From Bifidobacterium breve (GTDB lineage Bacteria > Actinomycetota > Thermoleophilia > Solirubrobacterales > Solirubrobacteraceae), in the NCBI GenBank assembly GCA_945881845.1, contig CAMCVN010000002.1, positions 17,947-81,946 of the forward strand: a stretch of 64,000 bases of DNA, written 5' to 3'. The notes beneath the pieces are model-generated. The model saw only the letters and a program-made list of their open reading frames with translations, had not been told where the DNA came from and did not search any database. Shown here piece after piece: positions 59,865 through 64,000 of this stretch; the first letter of the stretch is position 1; each line of letters begins with the position of its first letter. The translations under genes and the position numbers were made by a program.

Positions 59865-60455
59865 ATGACTCCCTTGCCGCTGATCGAGGAGGCCATCATT
59901 ACGCAGACAAAAGAAGAGCTAATTGACGATCTCGAAATGCCCGTACTGGAGCACATCGAGTTTGAGTGCGGCGACAACGTCGTCTACCCGCACCACGGCG
60001 CCGGCAAGGTGCTGAAGAAGGAATCGCGCAACATGCTCGGTGAGAAGCGCGTCTATCTGACGATCAAGATCCTCCACAACGACATGACTGTGATGGTTCC
60101 GTCGGAGAACGCAGCGATCGCAGGGCTACGCCGCGTGATCGATCCGAAGACGGTAAAGAAGGTTCTGGCGGTAATCCAGGACGACGTTTCAGAGATGCCA
60201 AAGAACTGGAATCGTCGCTTCAAGCACAACCGCGACAAGATCAAGACCGGCGACATTTACGAGCTGACCGAGGTTGTCCGCAACCTCGCGATCCGCGAGC
60301 ACGAGAAGGGCCTCTCAACCGGTGAGAAGCAGATGTACACGCGGGCCAAGAAGATTCTCTCGTCCGAGCTGATGTACGCGCTCGACATGGATGAGGAGCA
60401 GGCTGAGGAGCACCTCGACGGGCTGCTCGCTAAGTCGGCTGGAGTTCAGGCCTAA
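59865..60455 (+). CDS. carD: CarD-family RNA-polymerase-binding transcription regulator
   Basis: GDNVVYPHHGAGKVLKK ... YLTIKILHNDMTVMVP. An alternative start at ATG 59937 would give the usual ~170-aa size. Confidence 0.85.
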   Translation: MTPLPLIEEAIITQTKEELIDDLEMPVLEHIEFECGDNVVYPHHGAGKVLKKESRNMLGEKRVYLTIKILHNDMTVMVPSENAAIAGLRRVIDPKTVKKVLAVIQDDVSEMPKNWNRRFKHNRDKIKTGDIYELTEVVRNLAIREHEKGLSTGEKQMYTRAKKILSSELMYALDMDEEQAEEHLDGLLAKSAGVQA

Positions 60456-60468
60456 CAGGCCTTCTGCG

Positions 60469-61158
60469 ATGTCGGTCAGCGCGGTCGCGCTAGTCGTGGC
60501 CGCAGGGCGCGGCGAACGGCTTGGGTCTGGGGGACCCAAGGCGTTCGTCCCGCTCGCCGGCCGACCGATGCTCGATTGGAGCATCGATGCGCTGCGCCAA
60601 GTCGCGGCCGTCGAGCAGATCGTCGTAGCGCTGCCTGAGGGCTTTGAGGCGCCGCAGGGCACTCTGGGCGTAGTTGGAGGCGCTGCGCGCTCTCAGTCGG
60701 TCTTAAACGCGCTCGCAGCGGCCGATCCGCGGGCCGAGGTGGTCGTAGTCCACGATGCCGCCCGTCCGCTCGTCAGCGCGGAGCTGATTGAGGCCTGCAT
60801 CGCCGCGCTCGATCAGGACGGTCGCTGGGACGCGGCGATCGCCGCCGCGCCGGTCAAGGACACCGTTAAGCGCTCTGCCGACGGCGTTGGCGTGCTTGAG
60901 ACTCCACCGCGCTCCGAGCTGTGGGCTGTGCAGACGCCGCAGGTCTTCCGCCGCGAGGCACTGGAGAGCGCTTTGGGCCGTTCCGAAGCTGAGCTGGCTG
61001 CCGCAAGCGACGACGCGATGTTGGTTGAGGCCGATGGTGGGCGCGTGCGGCTCGTTCACTGCGAGAGCGAAAACTTCAAGGTCACGACGGCCGCCGACTT
61101 GGCCTTGGCCGAACGGCTGCTCGCCGGATCAGGGGAATTGAGGGTCTCGGGTGTCTGA
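60469..61158 (+). CDS. ispD: 2-C-methyl-D-erythritol 4-phosphate cytidylyltransferase
   Basis: ORF 60391-61158 trimmed to ATG 60469. ALVVAAGRGERLG ... VVVHDAARPLV. Confidence 0.9.
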   Translation: MSVSAVALVVAAGRGERLGSGGPKAFVPLAGRPMLDWSIDALRQVAAVEQIVVALPEGFEAPQGTLGVVGGAARSQSVLNALAAADPRAEVVVVHDAARPLVSAELIEACIAALDQDGRWDAAIAAAPVKDTVKRSADGVGVLETPPRSELWAVQTPQVFRREALESALGRSEAELAAASDDAMLVEADGGRVRLVHCESENFKVTTAADLALAERLLAGSGELRVSGV

Positions 61159-61633
61159 GACGCGGACCGGCCTTGGCGTCGATTCCCACCGCCTGATTGC
61201 CGGTCGTCCGCTGATCCTCGGTGGCGTCGAGTTTGAGTCTGAGGTCGGCCTTGACGGCCACTCCGACGCCGACGTTCTGACCCACGCTGTGATCGACGCA
61301 CTGCTTGGAGCCGCGGCTCTCGGCGACATCGGCGCCCACTTCCCCGACAGCGACGAGCGCTGGCGCGGCGCCGACTCAATCGAGCTCTTAAGCAAGGTCG
61401 CCGGAATGCTCGTTGGCGCCGGCTTTGAGGTCGTCAACGTCGACGCAACGGTAATTATTGAGCAGCCGAAGATCGGTCCTCGGCGCGAAGCTATCGTCGA
61501 GCGGATCTCCGGTGCTTTGGGGATCGAGGCCGCGCGCGTGAACATTAAGGGCACGACGGCAGAGCAGATCGGCGCCTTTGGACGCGGCGAGGGCGCCGGC
61601 GCAGTTGCCGTTGCCACGCTGCGCTCGGCCTAG
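61151..61633 (+). CDS. ispF: 2-C-methyl-D-erythritol 2,4-cyclodiphosphate synthase
   Basis: GLGVDSHRL ... GHSDADVLTHAVIDALLGA. Overlaps ispD by 8 nt. Confidence 0.9.
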   Translation: MSETRTGLGVDSHRLIAGRPLILGGVEFESEVGLDGHSDADVLTHAVIDALLGAAALGDIGAHFPDSDERWRGADSIELLSKVAGMLVGAGFEVVNVDATVIIEQPKIGPRREAIVERISGALGIEAARVNIKGTTAEQIGAFGRGEGAGAVAVATLRSA

Positions 61634-61654
61634 TCGCTGGCGTAGATTGCCGCT

Positions 61655-63013
61655 GTGCGCCCGATTCAAATCCACGACACGCGTCGCTCCGAGCTGGTCG
61701 CGCTTGAGCCGCGTGATCCCGGCAAGGTTTCAATCTACGCCTGTGGACCAACTGTCTACGGGCGGATCCACGTCGGCAACGCGCGCCCCTTCGTCGTCTA
61801 CTCGCTGCTGAAGCGCTTTCTCGCCCACGAGGGCTACGAAGTGACCTTCGTTGCCAACATCACCGACGTCAACGACAAGATCTACGACGCGGCAAATGCC
61901 AGCGAGCCACCCCAGCCGAGCGCGCTGCTGGCAAGCAAAATGGCCGCCGCCTACATCGCCGACACCGACGCCCTCGGCCTTGGCCGCCCTGATTCGGAGC
62001 CGCTGGCGACGGAGACGATCGGCCCGATCATCGATCTGATCAGCACGCTGATTGAGCGCGACGCGGCCTACGCGGTGGAAGGGGATGTCTACTTCCGCGT
62101 CCGTTCCGACGCCGCTTACGGCGAGCTCTCGCACCGCTCGCTCGACGCACTCGATCAAGGCGAAGGTGGAGAGGGCGCCAAGCTGAAGCAGGATCCGCTC
62201 GACTTTGCGCTCTGGAAGGCGCAGAAGCCTGGCGAGGACACGGCCTGGGACGCGCCTTGGGGACGCGGTCGCCCCGGCTGGCACATTGAGTGCTCGGCGA
62301 TGGCGGAGGAGATTCTCGGCGTCGGATTCGACATTCACGGCGGTGGCAACGATCTCGTCTTTCCCCACCACGAGAACGAGGCTGCGCAGACGCGGATGGC
62401 GCGCGGGCAGGAGCTGGCGCAGATCTGGATGCACAACGGGATGTTGCAGCTGGGTGGCGAGAAGATGGCCAAGAGCGTTGGCAACATTGAGCCGCTGGCG
62501 TCGGTCCTGGAGCGCTGGGGGCGCGACGCACTCGTCCTCTTCTTCGTCTCCGGCCACTACCGCCAGCCACTGCTCTTCTCCGACCAAAGCTTGGAGCAGG
62601 CGCAAACCAGCGCGCGGCGTATCCGCGCCGCCGCGGCGCAGCTCAGCGATGGCCACTCGCCAACGGAGCTTGCCGCTCACCGCGAGCAGTTCTTTGCGGC
62701 GCTGGCAGACGACTTCAATACGCCGCGCGCGCTGGCAGCGCTGCACGGCTGGCTCGCTGGCGCGGCCGATCACGCTGGCGCCGGTAACGATGACCTCGTA
62801 CAGATGCTGACCGTGCTCGGCCTCGAGACGCTGCTGCTGCCTGACGCCAACGCCGCCGAACCCGACGCTGCGGCGCTTGAGCTGCTTGCCGCACGCGAGT
62901 CGGCACGCGCCGCTAAGGACTGGGAACAGGCCGATTCGCTGCGCGACCAACTCGCCTTGCTCGGCTGGGAAGTGCGCGACGGCGACGATGGTGCGAAGCT
63001 CGTGGCACTGTGA
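61655..63013 (+). CDS. cysS: Cysteine--tRNA ligase
   Basis: HIGH-type motif HVGNARPF and KMSKS-type motif KMAKSVGN. GTG start. Confidence 0.95.
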   Translation: MRPIQIHDTRRSELVALEPRDPGKVSIYACGPTVYGRIHVGNARPFVVYSLLKRFLAHEGYEVTFVANITDVNDKIYDAANASEPPQPSALLASKMAAAYIADTDALGLGRPDSEPLATETIGPIIDLISTLIERDAAYAVEGDVYFRVRSDAAYGELSHRSLDALDQGEGGEGAKLKQDPLDFALWKAQKPGEDTAWDAPWGRGRPGWHIECSAMAEEILGVGFDIHGGGNDLVFPHHENEAAQTRMARGQELAQIWMHNGMLQLGGEKMAKSVGNIEPLASVLERWGRDALVLFFVSGHYRQPLLFSDQSLEQAQTSARRIRAAAAQLSDGHSPTELAAHREQFFAALADDFNTPRALAALHGWLAGAADHAGAGNDDLVQMLTVLGLETLLLPDANAAEPDAAALELLAARESARAAKDWEQADSLRDQLALLGWEVRDGDDGAKLVAL

Positions 63014-63705
63014 TCATCTACGGACGTAATGCGGTTCACGAAGCGATGCGCGCCAACCGGCGACGGATCAAGGAGCTGTGGGCGACCGACAGCGCCTCAC
63101 GCGAGGACTGGCTCGACAAGGCCAGCCAGATCAAGCGGGTCAGCGCCGCCGAGATCGACAAGATCTGCGAAAGCCCGGGAAATCAAGGTGTTTGCGCTCG
63201 AATCGAGGGTTACCACTACGTCAGCGCCGCTGAACTCCTCGCCAAGCCGGACCCGCTGATCATCGCGCTAGACGAAGTCCAGGACCCGCAGAACCTCGGC
63301 GCGATCTGCCGTACCGCCGAGTGCATCGGCGCCACCGGCGTGATCATCACCGAGCGCCGCGCGGCGCACGTAACGCCGGCCGTCTGCAAGGCCTCAGCCG
63401 GGGCCGTTGAGTGGCTCTCGATCGCCAAGGTCAACAACCTTTCCGACTTCCTCGAGGACGCCAAGAAGGCAGGCGCCTGGTGTTACGGCGCCGATAGCGG
63501 CGATGAAGCGACCGACTACCTCACTCCTGACTACCGCGGCGGCGTTGTGCTGGTGCTCGGGTCGGAGGGGAGTGGGCTTCGGCCGCGCGTCGCGAGCTGC
63601 TGCGACGCGCTGATCAAACTGCCGATGCTCGGCCAGCTTGATTCGCTAAATGCCAGTGCCGCGGCCGCCGCATTGATGTACGGCATCCTCCCGCAGCGCT
63701 CCTGA
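63010..63705 (+). CDS. rlmB: SpoU/TrmH-family 23S rRNA 2'-O-methyltransferase (RlmB-like)
   Basis: LDEVQDPQNLGAICRTAECIGATGVI ... LVLGSEGSGLR ... IPMLGQLDSLNASAAAA. Confidence 0.85.
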   Translation: MIIYGRNAVHEAMRANRRRIKELWATDSASREDWLDKASQIKRVSAAEIDKICESPGNQGVCARIEGYHYVSAAELLAKPDPLIIALDEVQDPQNLGAICRTAECIGATGVIITERRAAHVTPAVCKASAGAVEWLSIAKVNNLSDFLEDAKKAGAWCYGADSGDEATDYLTPDYRGGVVLVLGSEGSGLRPRVASCCDALIKLPMLGQLDSLNASAAAAALMYGILPQRS

Positions 63706-63761
63706 AACGCCCGTAAGTACTGGTTTCTGGCCCGCTCCGGCGGGTAATTCGTGATCGCGCC

Positions 63762-63790
63762 TTGACAAGGTTCCATAACTGTGAAATAAC
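63762..63790 (+). promoter_or_regulatory. Candidate promoter TTGACA-17 nt-(TG)aAATAAC in the AT-rich region upstream of the sigma-like gene
   Basis: Read directly. The -35 is perfect and the -10 is weak. Confidence 0.25.
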
Positions 63791-63922
63791 TCTCGGACTT
63801 GAGGCTCTACCTCAGGGTGAGGATTAAGACATATTTAACGTTCGCAGTTGGCGCCAGGGGAGGAGTGCGCCACTGAGCTCGTCCGACTTTTCCCTAGGGA
63901 ACTAGGGGAGAAAGGATTGCTC

Positions 63923-64000
63923 GTGGCCCGAATTTCCGCTTCATCTCACGCTCAGCTAAAGGTCGATGATGGGTACCTAATCGCCCTCGCAAAGCAGGGA
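63923..64000 (+). CDS. Start of a probable ECF-type sigma-70 family factor (partial; continues beyond the window)
   Basis: GTG 63923 with AAAGGA 6 nt upstream. VARISASSHAQLKVDDGYLIALAKQG resembles the region 2.1 opening D..L...A..GD of ECF sigma factors. Only 26 codons are visible. Confidence 0.35.
   Translation, partial: MARISASSHAQLKVDDGYLIALAKQG

Overview
High-GC, gene-dense chromosomal segment with actinobacterial gene order. The right-hand 22 kb follows the tilS-hpt-ftsH-folP-folB-folK ... coaX ... lysS-clpC ... radA-disA-carD-ispD-ispF-cysS-rlmB order known from Mycobacterium. It is probably a deep-branching Actinomycetota lineage, but the taxon cannot be fixed from sequence alone. I call 67 CDS, two of them partial at the window edges. 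I saw no rRNA, tRNA, CRISPR array, transposase or integrase. Left to right: the 5' part of metH; a nitrogen island (type III glutamine synthetase divergent from amt-glnK); an 11-gene lipid-transport operon (yrbEA-yrbEB-ATPase, six Mce proteins, MMPL, thioredoxin-fold protein); small accessory genes (B3/4, VOC, mIHF-like); a divergent SPT-like oxoamine synthase / large GNAT pair; a THI5-type binding protein, cspA and a Baeyer-Villiger monooxygenase; a minus-strand EVE-membrane-MoxR-VWA operon; a Ca2+/H+ exchanger; PadR-SRPBCC; two phasin-motif proteins (one with a histone-H1-like KKAAPR repeat tail) followed by SCP2 and a MerR-adenylate cyclase fusion; then housekeeping genes and the start of an ECF-like sigma gene. 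The best candidates for new biology are (1) the SPT-like/GNAT pair, (2) the phasin/H1-tail/SCP2/MerR-cyclase cluster, (3) the Mce operon extended by an MMPL transporter and a CXXC-less thioredoxin-fold protein, and (4) the EVE-membrane-MoxR-VWA operon. All functional calls come from by-eye motif recognition on the supplied translations. No database search was possible, so family assignments are hypotheses of graded confidence.
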